Shown piece by piece: positions 31,365 to 42,683 of a DNA stretch of 64,000 bases. Under the pieces are notes generated by a model, which saw nothing but the letters and a program-made list of their open reading frames with translations, was not told the origin of the DNA and ran no database searches. Positions within the stretch are counted from its first letter, which is position 1, and the number at the start of each line of letters is the position of its first letter. The DNA is from an uncultured Aquificales bacterium (GTDB lineage Bacteria; Thermosulfidibacterota; Thermosulfidibacteria; Thermosulfidibacterales; Thermosulfidibacteraceae), in contig CAYVOC010000001.1 in NCBI GenBank assembly GCA_964453345.1, forward strand, positions 28,468 through 92,467. Reading direction: 5' to 3'. A program made the translations under genes and the position numbers.

Positions 31365-32696
31365 ATGTTCAGGAGGGTCCTTGTCGCCAATAGGGGTGAG
31401 ATAGCGCTGAGGATCATTAGGACCCTTCGGGAGCTTGAGATAGAATCGGTGGTTGTATATTCCGAGGCGGATGCGGATTCCCTGCCTGTGAAGCTTGCAG
31501 ACAGAGCCATCTGTGTGGGTCCTCCCGATCCCTCCTCAAGCTATCTCAACATCCAGAACATTCTTTCCGCCGCCGAGATAGCGGGCTGTGACGCTGTCCA
31601 TCCGGGTTACGGCTTTCTCGCTGAGAATCCAAGCTTTGCCGAGGTCTGTCAGGACGTTGGACTGAAGTTTATAGGTCCCTCAGCCTCGGTGATAAGGCTG
31701 ATGGGGGATAAGATTGCGGCCATTGAGGCTGCTAAAAGGGCGGACGTTCCCACCATTCCCGGAAGCGAGGGGCCGGTTGAGAGCTTCGAGGAGGCCCTTG
31801 AGTTCGCCAGAAGGGTTGGTTTCCCGGTTCTGCTGAAGGCCGCTGCAGGTGGCGGCGGCAGGGGAATGAGGGTGGCGAGAAACGAGGAGGATCTCAGAAG
31901 GAGCTTTGATGCGGCAAGGAGGGAGGCTGAGGCCGGTTTTGGTAATCCTACCGTTTATCTTGAGAAGCTCATAGAGGATGCGCGGCATATAGAGGTGCAG
32001 ATCCTCGGAGATTCCCACGGCAACGTTATCCATCTTGGGGAGAGGGAGTGTTCCATCCAGAGGAGGCATCAGAAGCTTCTGGAGGAATCCCCCGCTGTAA
32101 TTGAGCAGCGTTTGAGGGAGGCCATCTGCAGGGATGCGGTAAAGCTTGCAAGGAGCGTCGGGTATGAGGGGGCCGGGACGGTGGAGTTTCTGGTGGATTC
32201 CTCGGGCAATCATTACTTTATTGAGATGAACACCAGAATACAGGTTGAGCACCCCGTTACCGAGATGGTGACGGGAATCGATATTGTCAAACTGCAGGTT
32301 CAGGTGGCTGCCGGCATGAAGTTGCCCCTATCCCAGCAGGATGTCTCCTTTAGGGGCTGGGCCATTGAGATGAGGATAAACGCAGAAGACCCAAAAACCT
32401 TTGCCCCGTCCCCGGGAAGGATAGAGAAGCTTGTGTTGCCCGGAGGTTACGGGGTGAGGGTGGATACAGCCGTCTATCAGGGCTATTCCATCCCGCCCTA
32501 TTACGATTCCATGATTGCAAAGCTGGTGGTGTGGGGGGACAACAGGCTTGAGGCCATCAGGCGCGCAAGGAGGGCCCTTGATGAGTGTGTGGTGGAGGGA
32601 GTCAAGACCACCATCCCCCTTCACAGGCTGATCCTGTCTCATGAGGACTTTGTGAATGCCAACATCAACGTCAACTGGCTGGAGTCCATCCTCTAA
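31365..32696 (+). CDS. accC: biotin carboxylase
   Basis: ANRGEIA, HPGYGFLAEN, GGGGRGMR, EMNTRIQVEH, YDSMIAK. Confidence 0.96.
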   Translation: MFRRVLVANRGEIALRIIRTLRELEIESVVVYSEADADSLPVKLADRAICVGPPDPSSSYLNIQNILSAAEIAGCDAVHPGYGFLAENPSFAEVCQDVGLKFIGPSASVIRLMGDKIAAIEAAKRADVPTIPGSEGPVESFEEALEFARRVGFPVLLKAAAGGGGRGMRVARNEEDLRRSFDAARREAEAGFGNPTVYLEKLIEDARHIEVQILGDSHGNVIHLGERECSIQRRHQKLLEESPAVIEQRLREAICRDAVKLARSVGYEGAGTVEFLVDSSGNHYFIEMNTRIQVEHPVTEMVTGIDIVKLQVQVAAGMKLPLSQQDVSFRGWAIEMRINAEDPKTFAPSPGRIEKLVLPGGYGVRVDTAVYQGYSIPPYYDSMIAKLVVWGDNRLEAIRRARRALDECVVEGVKTTIPLHRLILSHEDFVNANINVNWLESIL

Positions 32697-33615
32697 AACC
32701 CTTCTCATTGTGAAGCTTTCCGCCCTCGGTGATATTGTTCATGCTTTGGGTGCCGTTTCCATAGTGAAGCGGAGGACAGACCTGGAAGTGGTCTGGTTGA
32801 CAAAGCCCCAGTATTCTCCCCTGTTTGGGACGGTTGGTTTTGTTGACAGGATTATTTTCCCTCGGGATGCGGTAAAATTCGCCCGAAGATTTGATCTGGT
32901 TATAGATCTGCAGGGGCTTGTTAAGTCTGCTTTTTTTTCTCTTTTGCTTGGAAGCAGGCGATGGGGTTTTGCAAGGGGCTTTGCCAGGGAGCCTCTGGCC
33001 CCTTTCTTTTACACCTCCAGGGTTAAGCCTGAGGGCAGGCATGTGGTCCATCTGCTGAGGTCCCTTGTTTGTGAAGCCCTTGGCCTTGAGGATGACGGAA
33101 TCTTTGATTTCGGCATAGACGCCACGCCTGCGGAGCTTGAGGAAAGCCGGCGGCTTGTTGTCGATGATAAGTTCGTCCTTCTCTTTCCGTCGGCCGGCTG
33201 GAGGACCAAGGAGCTTGACGCCCTCTGGTGCTCGAAGTTTCTGGGGGAGTGGTTCAGAAGATCCAGCATTCCGGTCTATCTGGTTCCGGGCGTAGGGGAT
33301 GATCTCAGGCTTTCTGGGCTTTCCCCCTGGCTTCTTCCGAACCTTTCCCTGCGTCAGGTCATAGCCCTCATCAAGAGGTGCAGTGCCGTTGTGGCACCGG
33401 ATACGGGTTTTCTGCATGTGGCTGCCGCCATGGGGAAACCTGTCGTGGGGCTGTTCTGCCCCTCCGATCCTTTAAGGAACGGTCCCTTTCCCGAGGGAGA
33501 GATCCTTCTGTGCGATTGCCCCTCGGTGGGCTGCTTTAGAAGAAGGTGCGTTTCAGCGTGCACCTGTTCAATTTCGCCCCTGCTGGCGGTTGAGAGGACG
33601 CTTGCTTTGTTGTAA
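32656..33615 (+). CDS. glycosyltransferase family 9 (LPS heptosyltransferase-like)
   Basis: KLSALGDIVH, IDLQGL.KS, DTGFLHVAAA. Confidence 0.85.
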   Translation: MPTSTSTGWSPSSKTLLIVKLSALGDIVHALGAVSIVKRRTDLEVVWLTKPQYSPLFGTVGFVDRIIFPRDAVKFARRFDLVIDLQGLVKSAFFSLLLGSRRWGFARGFAREPLAPFFYTSRVKPEGRHVVHLLRSLVCEALGLEDDGIFDFGIDATPAELEESRRLVVDDKFVLLFPSAGWRTKELDALWCSKFLGEWFRRSSIPVYLVPGVGDDLRLSGLSPWLLPNLSLRQVIALIKRCSAVVAPDTGFLHVAAAMGKPVVGLFCPSDPLRNGPFPEGEILLCDCPSVGCFRRRCVSACTCSISPLLAVERTLALL

Positions 33616-33639
33616 TCTTTCCCTATCGGGAGGGTGTCC

Positions 33640-34737
33640 ATGAGGTTCATAGACCTGCAGCGCCAGTATAGGCGTATTCAGGATGATGTAAAGGCGGCCA
33701 TAGACAGGGTGCTTGAGTCTTCCCAGTTTATCCTGGGGCCAGAGGTGGAGGCCTTTGAAGAGGAGATAGCCGCCTTTGTGGGGGTGAAGCATGCCGTAAG
33801 CTGCGCCTCCGGGACCGATGCCCTGATGCTCGCTTTGATGGCCATCGGCGTTGGTCCCGGGGATGAGGTTATAGTTCCGGCCTTCACCTTCTTTGCAACA
33901 GCCGAAGTTGTGGCCCTTCTCGGGGCTAAACCCGTCTTTGTTGATATTGAGGAGGATACCTACAATGTAAGGGTTGATCAGGTTGAGGATGCCATAGGCC
34001 CGAAAACCAAGGCTGTCATAGCCGTCAGCCTGTATGGTCAGTGCGCTGAGCTGATGGAGCTGAAGAGGCTTGCCGATGAGAGGGGAATATTCTTGATAGA
34101 GGATGCCGCCCAGTCCTTGGGGGCGGAGCACAGGGGATTCAAGTCCTGTTCCATTGCCCACATATCCGCCACCTCCTTCTTCCCTGCAAAGCCCTTGGGT
34201 TGCTACGGGGACGGGGGATGTGTCTTCACCAATGACGATGGCATTGCTGACAGGTTGAGGGCGCTGAGGAACCACGGTCAGGTGAAAAGATACCTACACA
34301 AGTATATAGGGCTTAATTCAAGGCTGGATGCCGTGCAGGCGGCCATTCTGAGGGTTAAGTTGAAGATCTTTCCCCAGGAGATAGAGCTGAGGCAGATAGC
34401 GGCGGGAAGATACGATTCCCTTTTGAGGGAGAAGGGCATAGATCCGCCGGTGGTGCGGGATTACAACCTTTCGGTCTATGCCCAATACACCGTCCGGGTT
34501 CCCAACAGGGACAGGGTTGCAGAGTTTCTGAATGCCAACGGCATCCCCACCGCCGTTCACTACCCTGTGCCCGTTCCCTATCAGGAGGCCTTTGCGGGTC
34601 TTGGGCATGCCAAGGGGGATTTCCCGGTTGCTGAAAGGGCGGCGCAGGAGGTGCTGAGTCTTCCCTTCCATCCCTATATTAACATTGAAGAGCAGGTGAA
34701 GGTGGTGGAAGCACTCTGGGAGGCTCTAAATAGCTGA
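33640..34737 (+). CDS. DegT/DnrJ/EryC1/StrS nucleotide-sugar aminotransferase (WbpE-like)
   Basis: SGTDAL, EDAAQS, SFFPAKPLGCYGDGG, NSRLD, HYP. Confidence 0.92.
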   Translation: MRFIDLQRQYRRIQDDVKAAIDRVLESSQFILGPEVEAFEEEIAAFVGVKHAVSCASGTDALMLALMAIGVGPGDEVIVPAFTFFATAEVVALLGAKPVFVDIEEDTYNVRVDQVEDAIGPKTKAVIAVSLYGQCAELMELKRLADERGIFLIEDAAQSLGAEHRGFKSCSIAHISATSFFPAKPLGCYGDGGCVFTNDDGIADRLRALRNHGQVKRYLHKYIGLNSRLDAVQAAILRVKLKIFPQEIELRQIAAGRYDSLLREKGIDPPVVRDYNLSVYAQYTVRVPNRDRVAEFLNANGIPTAVHYPVPVPYQEAFAGLGHAKGDFPVAERAAQEVLSLPFHPYINIEEQVKVVEALWEALNS

Positions 34738-34751
34738 TGGGAGGTGTGGCC

Positions 34752-36470
34752 ATGCAGGTCAGTTTTCTGGTGATAGGGGGCATTGTTCTTTACGTGCTTT
34801 TATACTTTCTTTATGGGAGGTATCTCGCCAACAACGTGGTCAGGGTCACCGATGAACCCACTCCGGCCGTGAGGCTCTACGATGGGGTCGATTTCGTTCC
34901 GGCCAACAAGTATGTGCTTTTCGGTCACCACTTTGCCTCCATAGCCGGTGCCGCTCCCATCGTGGGACCCGCCATAGGAATCGCCTGGGGCTGGGCGCCG
35001 GCGCTTCTGTGGGTGTGGCTGGGCAACGCCTTCATAGGAGCCGTTCACGATTATCTCTCCCTCATGAGTTCGGTGAGATACGATGGGCATTCGGTCCAGT
35101 GGATAGCCGGCAAGGTGATAAAGCAGAGGACCCGTTATATCTTTGCCGTTTTCATCTTCTTTGTTCTCATCCTCGTTGTGGCGGCCTTCGGCGCCGTTTT
35201 GGGCAAACTCTTTATTAAGCAGCCCGCTGTTCCCACGGCCTATCTCATCAAGATCATAGGCGCCTTTATCCTGGGTGCTCTGCTCTACAGGCTCAGGGTG
35301 CCCTTGGCCCTGGGAACCGTCTTTGCGATAGCGTGGCTTATAGGTTCCATATTTTTGGGTAAGTTCTTGCCCATAAAGGCGAGCTATCAGACCTGGATGA
35401 TCGTCTTCTTCTTCTACATTATTATAGCCTCCGCCATCCCCGTCCATGTTTTGCTTCAGCCCAGAGACTACATGAACGCCTGGCTTCTGGTGGGCGGTTT
35501 GATCCTCGGCGGTCTTGCTCTGATACTTTCACCCGCCAAGGCGGTGTTTCCCGCCTTTGCCAGCTTTTCTCCGAAGATCGTTGCCGGTCAGCCCTCTCCC
35601 TTCTGGCCGGTGGTGGTGCTCATCATAGCCTGCGGTTCCCTTTCCGGATTCCACTCCCTTGTTGCCTCTGGAACCTCTTCCAAGCAGCTTTCCAAGGAGG
35701 TTGAGGGGCTGTTTGTGGGATACGGAGGCATGCTCGCCGAGGGCTTCCTCTCCACTATTGTTGTTGCCTCCATAGTGGGTTACGGGTTGCAGGTGCTGCC
35801 CAAGGATGTTGCCGCCAAGGTGACCCAGGACTTTGCTGCGAATATCCTAAAGGCGGAAAAGAGCGTGGGCGGACCCGTCGGCTTCTTCTCCAAGTCTTAC
35901 GGAACCGCCGTCCACAGCGTGCTTGGGCTTCCCAAGGACTTCATGGTTATTCTTGCCTCCATGTGGGTTGCGGCCTTCGCCATGACCACTCTGGATACCA
36001 CAAACAGGCTTGCCAGATACACCCTGACCGAGCTCTTTGAGCCCCTTGAGAAGGTTTCCGAGGGCCTATACAACCTTCTCACCAACAGGTGGGTGGCTTC
36101 TCTCATCCCTGCAGCCATAGGAATAGGGCTTGCCTGGAGCGGTGCCTGGACGGTTATATGGCCTGCCTTTGGCGGCGCCAACCAGATGCTCGCATCCATC
36201 GCCCTTCTCACGGCCGCCGCCTGGGTGGTGAAGGTGCAGCGCTCCAAGGGCTTTATGGTTGTGATTCCGGCTCTGCTTCTGTGGTTTACCGTTTCCTGCG
36301 CCCTTGTCTGGTTTTTGATCAAGGCCATACCCGTTTTCATGGCCAAAAACCCTGTCAGGGCCTATATACTGGGCGGTTTCGTGGTTATCATGCTGCTTCT
36401 GAACCTCATACTGATATTCGACTACTTCACATCCAAGCCCGAAGGGGTCTCTGCCTATGAATCTGAGTGA
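34752..36470 (+). CDS. cstA: carbon starvation CstA family transporter
   Basis: DGVDFVP, GHHFASIAGAAPIVGP, LLQPRDY, IACGSLSGFHSLV, WPAFGGANQ. Confidence 0.92.
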   Translation: MQVSFLVIGGIVLYVLLYFLYGRYLANNVVRVTDEPTPAVRLYDGVDFVPANKYVLFGHHFASIAGAAPIVGPAIGIAWGWAPALLWVWLGNAFIGAVHDYLSLMSSVRYDGHSVQWIAGKVIKQRTRYIFAVFIFFVLILVVAAFGAVLGKLFIKQPAVPTAYLIKIIGAFILGALLYRLRVPLALGTVFAIAWLIGSIFLGKFLPIKASYQTWMIVFFFYIIIASAIPVHVLLQPRDYMNAWLLVGGLILGGLALILSPAKAVFPAFASFSPKIVAGQPSPFWPVVVLIIACGSLSGFHSLVASGTSSKQLSKEVEGLFVGYGGMLAEGFLSTIVVASIVGYGLQVLPKDVAAKVTQDFAANILKAEKSVGGPVGFFSKSYGTAVHSVLGLPKDFMVILASMWVAAFAMTTLDTTNRLARYTLTELFEPLEKVSEGLYNLLTNRWVASLIPAAIGIGLAWSGAWTVIWPAFGGANQMLASIALLTAAAWVVKVQRSKGFMVVIPALLLWFTVSCALVWFLIKAIPVFMAKNPVRAYILGGFVVIMLLLNLILIFDYFTSKPEGVSAYESE

Positions 36471-36738
36471 TCTGTGGAAGGCCTTTGTCCAGATCCTTTC
36501 CGGTATAAAGGGAGGGATAGCGGACAGAAGCATCGAGGTGATAGAGGAGGAGCTGAAGGAGCTGGAGGGCGCATACGCCTTCCTGCTCCTCGGCTCCTTT
36601 TTCGGTTTCCCTGCTCCTCCCTCCTTCGTGGGGCTCTCTTTTATGCCCTACCTTGAGAGGGAATTGATAATCGCCCTTTCCAGGAGCAGGTTCATAGGGG
36701 ATGGGGCTGCATTCTGGTTTGAGCTGGCGGATATATGA
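36457..36738 (+). CDS. small CstA/ArsA-associated protein
   Basis: 93 aa, overlaps both neighbours; LLLGSFFGFPAPP hydrophobic/Pro motif. Confidence 0.7.
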   Translation: MNLSDLWKAFVQILSGIKGGIADRSIEVIEEELKELEGAYAFLLLGSFFGFPAPPSFVGLSFMPYLERELIIALSRSRFIGDGAAFWFELADI

Positions 36739-37646
36739 AGAGGATACTGGTATTTCTCGGCAAGGGCGGTGTTGGTAAGACCACCTCCTCGGCTTCCGCC
36801 GCCTTTTACCTTGCGGAGAAGGGATTCAGGGTCTTCTGGTTTTCGGTCGATCCCGCCCACAACCTTTCCGATGTGACGGGCCTTGATCTGTCCAGGGAGA
36901 GAGAGATTGTGGAAAACCTGCGGGGCCTGGAGGTGGATGTGGAGGGATATCTTACCTCCTACATTGAGGAAACTATAAGGCGGATGAAGAAGATGTATAG
37001 GCAGCTTTCCGTGGTGGGGCTTGAGGGGGTGATAGACTCTTTAAAGTATTCGCCCGGCATGGAGGAGGTGGCGATACTCTACGCCATGGGGGACGTGATT
37101 GATAGACACATGGATGCGGATTTCATCGTTGTGGACACCCCTCCAACGGGCCTGACCTTGAGGATACTTTCTTTGCCCAAGCTCAACCTTGACTGGCTCA
37201 ATGTGCTAAGAATGTGGCGTTTGAAGATTCTTGAGAGGAGGAGCATGGTCGCTTCCCTCAAGGGTAGGGAGCACCTGGGGGAGGGGGTTCCGGTTGATCC
37301 GGATGAGGATCCGGTTATATCCGAGATAAAAGAGCACACCGGTTTCATGAAAAGGATGTGGGATCTTCTGGCGGGGAAGCTATGTCTTAGGGTGCTGGTT
37401 GTGAATCAGGACAGATTATCCGTGGAGGAGGGACTCAGAATAAGGGAAAGGATGAAGCGGCTTGGCATGGATCTTTCCGCGGTTCTCGTCAACAAGTTCG
37501 GCCTTATCCCGGGTCGTAAAGCGGATTTGAAGAAGGAGTTTGAAGGGATCAGAATCTTTGAGCTTCCCTATATTGAAAACAAAGAGAGGCTTGATAGGGA
37601 AGATTACCTCAAGATAGCCTCTTGCTGGGTGGAGAGTCTTCTATGA
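36735..37646 (+). CDS. ArsA/Get3-family ATPase (single domain)
   Basis: GKGGVGKTT, DPAHNLSD, PGMEE, DTPPTG. Confidence 0.92.
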   Translation: MKRILVFLGKGGVGKTTSSASAAFYLAEKGFRVFWFSVDPAHNLSDVTGLDLSREREIVENLRGLEVDVEGYLTSYIEETIRRMKKMYRQLSVVGLEGVIDSLKYSPGMEEVAILYAMGDVIDRHMDADFIVVDTPPTGLTLRILSLPKLNLDWLNVLRMWRLKILERRSMVASLKGREHLGEGVPVDPDEDPVISEIKEHTGFMKRMWDLLAGKLCLRVLVVNQDRLSVEEGLRIRERMKRLGMDLSAVLVNKFGLIPGRKADLKKEFEGIRIFELPYIENKERLDREDYLKIASCWVESLL

Positions 37647-38266
37647 CGGTATCCTACACCTACTTTGCCCTGGCGGTTGTGGCAAGTTTTATTGTTGTTT
37701 TCTTCTTTTACAGGGGTGTAAAGGTCAACGTCAGAAGGGCAAGGATGGTGGCCGAGAATCTGGAAAAAGCCCTTGATCCGGAGGATAAGCTTTACACCTG
37801 GCTCGGCGGGGTTATAGGTTTTACCGCCGACTATAAGGTCAAGGGCTTCAGACAGGTGAAGGCCAATTTCCGCATGATCCCGCGGCATGTATTTTTTTGG
37901 ATTCCCATAAACTGGCTTCTGGGGAGAAAGGATAATTTGCAACTTCTCTTTTTTCTTGAGATCCCCGTCAGCGGCGAGTTCCACATTATAGTTGAGGGGA
38001 AGCCCAAACCCAAGATATACAATAAGAACCTCTACAGAGAGTCTTTAGAGCATTCGGGAAGGCGGTTAACCCTTATGTTTGATAGCAAAAAGCCGGAGAA
38101 GAAACTGTTGAGGGTGCTTGATCTGCTCGGTGATGGTCTCAGGCATGTGGCCTTGACTCCTGCAAGGCGGGTGTTTTATGTGAGCATGGATGTGGAGGAT
38201 CCGTCCTCTTTGAGCGAGTCCCTTGGCGGGCTTTGCCAATACCTGAGAAGGCTAAGAAAGCTTTAG
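37643..38266 (+). CDS. hypothetical membrane-anchored protein
   Basis: N-terminal TM helix; ATGA coupling to the ArsA gene. Confidence 0.7.
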   Translation: MTVSYTYFALAVVASFIVVFFFYRGVKVNVRRARMVAENLEKALDPEDKLYTWLGGVIGFTADYKVKGFRQVKANFRMIPRHVFFWIPINWLLGRKDNLQLLFFLEIPVSGEFHIIVEGKPKPKIYNKNLYRESLEHSGRRLTLMFDSKKPEKKLLRVLDLLGDGLRHVALTPARRVFYVSMDVEDPSSLSESLGGLCQYLRRLRKL

Positions 38267-38275
38267 GGGTGGAGC

Positions 38276-41200
38276 ATGGGGGAGTTTGTTCATCTTCACC
38301 TTCACACCCAATACAGCCTGCTTGATGGCGCCATAAGGATAAGGGATCTGTTTCCCAGGGCGAAGGAGCTTGGTTACCATGCGGTTGCCATAACGGATCA
38401 CGGCAATATGTTCGGGGTGCTGAAGTTTTATCAGGCTGCCAAAAGCAACGAGGTCAAGCCCATAATCGGATGCGAGATGTATGTGGCGCCCGGATCGAGG
38501 CACGATAGGCACTCCACCAGGGGCGGCGCCGATGCTGCCCACCACCTCGTGCTTCTGGTGAAAAACGAAGAGGGCTACAAGAATCTCATAAAGCTCGTCA
38601 CCATAGGCTACCTTGAAGGATTCTACTACAAGCCGAGGATAGACAAGGAGGTTTTGAGGGAACACAGCGAGGGGCTTATCGCCTTAAGCGCTTGTCTCAA
38701 GGGGGAGATACCCCAGCAGGTCCTTTCGGGAAATGTGGATGGGGCGAAAAAGGCCCTCTATGAGTATCTGGACATCTTTGGCAAAGAGAACTTCTATCTT
38801 GAGCTTATGAGGCACGGCCTTGAGGATGAGGAGAGGGCCAATGAGGGGCTTTTAGAGCTTGCCAGAAGGGAGGGGGTTGGCGTTGTTGCCACCAACGACT
38901 GCCATTACCTCTTCCCGGAGGATGCCGAGGCCCACGACATACTCCTCTGCGTTCAGACGGGCAAAAGGATCACCGATGAGAACCGCATGCGGATGGATAC
39001 CGATCAGCTATACTTCAAGTCTCCCGCCGAGATGATTTCCCTGTTTGCCGATATTCCGGAGGCCATTGAGAACACCCTGAGGATAGCGGAAACTTGCAAC
39101 TTCGACTTTGTTCTGGGCGAACCCAAGCTTCCCGTGTATGAGGTGCCGGAGGGGCACACCCTTGAAAGCTACCTCAGGGAGCTTGCCTATCGGGGCCTTG
39201 AGCAGAGAAGAGAGAATGGGGAGCTTTACGATAAGATTCCCTATGAGGAGTATCTGAAGAGGCTGGAGTATGAGCTTTCCGTCATAAACCAGATGGGTTT
39301 CCCGGGCTATTTTCTGATAGTCTGGGACTTCGTCAATTACGCCAAGACCCATGGAATACCGGTGGGGCCGGGAAGGGGATCTGCGGCGGGTTCGCTTGTC
39401 TCCTATGTTCTGGGTATAACCGACATAGATCCCCTGAGGTGGGGTCTGCTCTTTGAAAGGTTCCTCAACCCCGAAAGGGTCTCTATGCCTGACATAGATA
39501 TAGACTTCTGCAAGGAGAGAAGGGATCTGGTTATAGATTATGTCCGCAAAAAGTATGGAGAGAAGAACGTTGCCAAGATCCTTGCCGTTGGAACCCTCGC
39601 CACCAGGGCCGCTGTGAGGGATGTGGGCAGGGCCTTGGGCTTCTCGCCCTCGGAGGTTGATAGAATAGCGAAGCTCTTTCCCCAGTCCCAGGATGTGACG
39701 GTTGAGGATGCCATAAGGCTTGAGCCCAAGATCCAGCAGGAGATGGAGAAGAATCCGAAGGTGAAGCGCCTTGTGGAGATAGCCAGCAGATTGGAGGGGT
39801 TGTGCAGGCAGGCCTCTACCCATGCCGCAGGTGTGGTCATAACGCCCGAGGAGCTTACAGAGTATGTGCCTTTATACAAAAACGAAAAGGAGAACGAGAT
39901 AACCACCCAATACGACAAGGATGATCTTGAGGCCCTGGGACTTCTCAAGATGGATATGCTGGGTCTCAGGACCCTCACCGTTATAGACACCACCCTGAAA
40001 CTGATAGAGACCTACAAGGGCGAGAGGGTTGATCTGAAGCACCTCCCGCTGGATGATGAGGAGACCTATCGGCTTCTGCAGTCCGGGAGGACCCTCGGGG
40101 TTTTCCAGCTTGAAAGCTCTGGAATGAGGGAGCTTCTGAGGCGTTTAAGGCCCTCAAGGTTTGAGGATCTGATAGCCCTCGTTGCCCTATACAGGCCCGG
40201 ACCCTTGGGTTCAGGCATGGTGGACGAGTTCATTGAGAGAAAGCACGGCAAAAAGCCCATAGAGTATGAGCTGCCCCAGCTTGAGCCTATTCTTGCAGAG
40301 ACCTACGGGGTCATCCTGTATCAGGAACAGGTTATGAAGATAGCATCTGAGGTTGCCGGCTTCACCCTGGGGCAGGCCGACCTTTTGAGAAAGGCCATGG
40401 GCAAAAAGAAGAAGGATCTCATGGCCCAGATGAGGGAGAAGTTCATAACGGGGGCGGTGGAGAGGGGTGTGGATAAGAAGCTCGCCGAGGATCTCTTTGA
40501 TAAGATGGCCAAGTTTGCCGAATACGGATTCAACAAGTCCCACTCGGCCGCCTACGCCATGGTTGCCTATCAGACCGCCTATCTCAAGGCCCACTATCCG
40601 GTTGAGTTTATGGCCGCCCTCATCTCCAGCGAAATAAACAACACTGAAAAGATCTATCTGTATCTCCAGGAATGCAGGGAGATGGGGATTGAGGTCTATC
40701 CTCCCGATGTGAACGAGAGCCATGTTATATTCAGGGTTGATGGGAATTCCCTGAGATTTGGCCTTGCCGCCATAAAGGGGGTGGGGGAGGCCGCCGCCGA
40801 AGCGATCGTGAAGGCGAGAAAGGGTGGTCCCTTTGAGGACTTTTACGACTTCTGCAAGAGGGTTGCTTCCCACAGGGTTAACAGAAAGACCATAGAGGCG
40901 CTTATAAAGGCGGGGGCGCTCGACAGATTCGGCGACAGAAACGCTCTGCTTGCTTCCCTTGATCAGTTCCTCGATGCAGCCACAAGATCCAGCAGATCCT
41001 CAAGTGTGCAGTTGAGCTTCTTTGAGATAGGCAGCATGGAGGAGGAGAAGCCCAAGCTTGTTGATGCGGTTCCTGCAACCCCCCGGGAGAAGCTTGCCAT
41101 GGAGAAGGAGGCCCTGGGCTTTTACCTCAGCGGCCATCCCTTGGATACGGTGGAGGAGCATCTTAAGAGGTATCGCATAACGACCACGGGCATGCTGGAG

Positions 41201-41734
41201 GAAAGGGAGGATGGTGAAGAGGTGATCCTTGCCGGGATGGTGGTCTCCATAAAGGAGATAACCACGAGAAACGGCGAAAGGATGGCCTTTGTCAGCTTTG
41301 AGGATAGGGAGGGCAGAACCGAGATCGTGGTCTTCCCGGATGTCTATAAGGAGACCGATATGATCTTTGCCTTGGATGAACCCATTCTTGTCAGGGGGAC
41401 AGTCACCACCGATGCGGCCAACGATAGCAAGAAGATAATAGCCTTGGATGCTGCAAGGCTGGAGGAGGGCTTTAAGGATAGGGAGCTTGCCTCTAACGCA
41501 AGATGCTGTATCCTTATTCTTGAGGATACGGTTTCCAAGGAGCTGGTGGAGACGGTGAAGAGGGAGGCAGAGGCGAACGCCGGTAATTCCCCTCTCTTCC
41601 TTAGAGTGGTAAACGGTGAGTATCAGGTTGTCATAAACACGGGCGTTGCAGTGAACGATGCCTTCGCTGCGAAGATGAGGGCCATGGGCCTTAGCATAAC
41701 CTTTGCAGAGGTGCCAAATGGTAAAACCGCTTGA
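38276..41734 (+). CDS. dnaE: DNA polymerase III alpha subunit
   Basis: [45 protein letters not shown] fold; no intein-sized insertion. Confidence 0.97.
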   Translation: MGEFVHLHLHTQYSLLDGAIRIRDLFPRAKELGYHAVAITDHGNMFGVLKFYQAAKSNEVKPIIGCEMYVAPGSRHDRHSTRGGADAAHHLVLLVKNEEGYKNLIKLVTIGYLEGFYYKPRIDKEVLREHSEGLIALSACLKGEIPQQVLSGNVDGAKKALYEYLDIFGKENFYLELMRHGLEDEERANEGLLELARREGVGVVATNDCHYLFPEDAEAHDILLCVQTGKRITDENRMRMDTDQLYFKSPAEMISLFADIPEAIENTLRIAETCNFDFVLGEPKLPVYEVPEGHTLESYLRELAYRGLEQRRENGELYDKIPYEEYLKRLEYELSVINQMGFPGYFLIVWDFVNYAKTHGIPVGPGRGSAAGSLVSYVLGITDIDPLRWGLLFERFLNPERVSMPDIDIDFCKERRDLVIDYVRKKYGEKNVAKILAVGTLATRAAVRDVGRALGFSPSEVDRIAKLFPQSQDVTVEDAIRLEPKIQQEMEKNPKVKRLVEIASRLEGLCRQASTHAAGVVITPEELTEYVPLYKNEKENEITTQYDKDDLEALGLLKMDMLGLRTLTVIDTTLKLIETYKGERVDLKHLPLDDEETYRLLQSGRTLGVFQLESSGMRELLRRLRPSRFEDLIALVALYRPGPLGSGMVDEFIERKHGKKPIEYELPQLEPILAETYGVILYQEQVMKIASEVAGFTLGQADLLRKAMGKKKKDLMAQMREKFITGAVERGVDKKLAEDLFDKMAKFAEYGFNKSHSAAYAMVAYQTAYLKAHYPVEFMAALISSEINNTEKIYLYLQECREMGIEVYPPDVNESHVIFRVDGNSLRFGLAAIKGVGEAAAEAIVKARKGGPFEDFYDFCKRVASHRVNRKTIEALIKAGALDRFGDRNALLASLDQFLDAATRSSRSSSVQLSFFEIGSMEEEKPKLVDAVPATPREKLAMEKEALGFYLSGHPLDTVEEHLKRYRITTTGMLEEREDGEEVILAGMVVSIKEITTRNGERMAFVSFEDREGRTEIVVFPDVYKETDMIFALDEPILVRGTVTTDAANDSKKIIALDAARLEEGFKDRELASNARCCILILEDTVSKELVETVKREAEANAGNSPLFLRVVNGEYQVVINTGVAVNDAFAAKMRAMGLSITFAEVPNGKTA

Positions 41735-42683
41735 GTTTGAGAAGGATATATACGAGATTGAGAAAAAGATAGAGGAGTTAAGGTCCATAGGAACCGGCGC
41801 CCAGCTTGATATAGAGAGGGAGATCCGGACCTTAGAGCGCAAGGTCAAAAGAAAGCTGATAAAGCTATACAGGGAGCTTACCCCCTGGCAGAGGGTTCAG
41901 GTTGCAAGGCATCCCAATCGTCCTTACACCCTCGATTATGTGAACCACATGCTTGAGGATTTTGTGGAGTTTGCAGGGGATAGAAGGTTCGGTGATGATA
42001 AGGCTATAGTTGCGGGCATAGGCAGGTTTGAGGGGATGACCGTTGCTGTAATAGGCCATCAAAAGGGCAGAAATACCAAGGAGAACATAGAGAGGAACTT
42101 CGGAATGGCTCACCCTGAGGGCTACAGGAAGGCCCTGAGGGTGGCCAAGCTTGCCGAAAAGTTTGGTTTTCCAATTCTCACCTTTGTGGACACCCCCGGC
42201 GCATATCCCGGCATAGGCGCCGAGGAAAGGGGACAGGCCGAGGCCATAGGGGAGAATCTTTACGAGTTTGTGGCTCTTCGGGTTCCCATTGTGGTCTCCA
42301 TCATAGGAGAGGGGGGATCCGGTGGCGCCCTTGCCATAGGCGTGGGTGACAGAATCCTCATGCAGGAAAACGCTGTATATGCGGTTATATCCCCTGAGGG
42401 ATGCGCATCTATTTTGTGGAGGGATGCTTCAAAGGCTCCCTTGGCTGCGGAGGCCCTGAAGCTGACGGCTAAGGATCTTTACGAGCTTGGGGTTATAGAC
42501 GAGATCGTTAAGGAGCCCATAGGTGGGGCGCACAGGGATCACAGACTTGCCGCCAGCATATTGAAGAGGGCCATCAGAAGAAACCTGAAGGAGCTTGTGA
42601 AGATCCCTCCCGACGAGCTCGTGGAGAGAAGGTATGAGAAATTCAGAAGAATAGGGGTGTTTAAGGAAGAACCACAATCCTGA
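41718..42683 (+). CDS. accA: acetyl-CoA carboxyltransferase alpha subunit
   Basis: [30 protein letters not shown]. Confidence 0.96.
   Translation: MVKPLEFEKDIYEIEKKIEELRSIGTGAQLDIEREIRTLERKVKRKLIKLYRELTPWQRVQVARHPNRPYTLDYVNHMLEDFVEFAGDRRFGDDKAIVAGIGRFEGMTVAVIGHQKGRNTKENIERNFGMAHPEGYRKALRVAKLAEKFGFPILTFVDTPGAYPGIGAEERGQAEAIGENLYEFVALRVPIVVSIIGEGGSGGALAIGVGDRILMQENAVYAVISPEGCASILWRDASKAPLAAEALKLTAKDLYELGVIDEIVKEPIGGAHRDHRLAASILKRAIRRNLKELVKIPPDELVERRYEKFRRIGVFKEEPQS

Noticed and set aside
36735-37646. ArsA as an arsenic-resistance determinant
   Set aside because: Single domain, no arsR/B/C/D or acr3 context, and linked to cstA
38276-41734. Intein or split in dnaE
   Set aside because: Normal length, contiguous motifs, no splice-junction signatures seen
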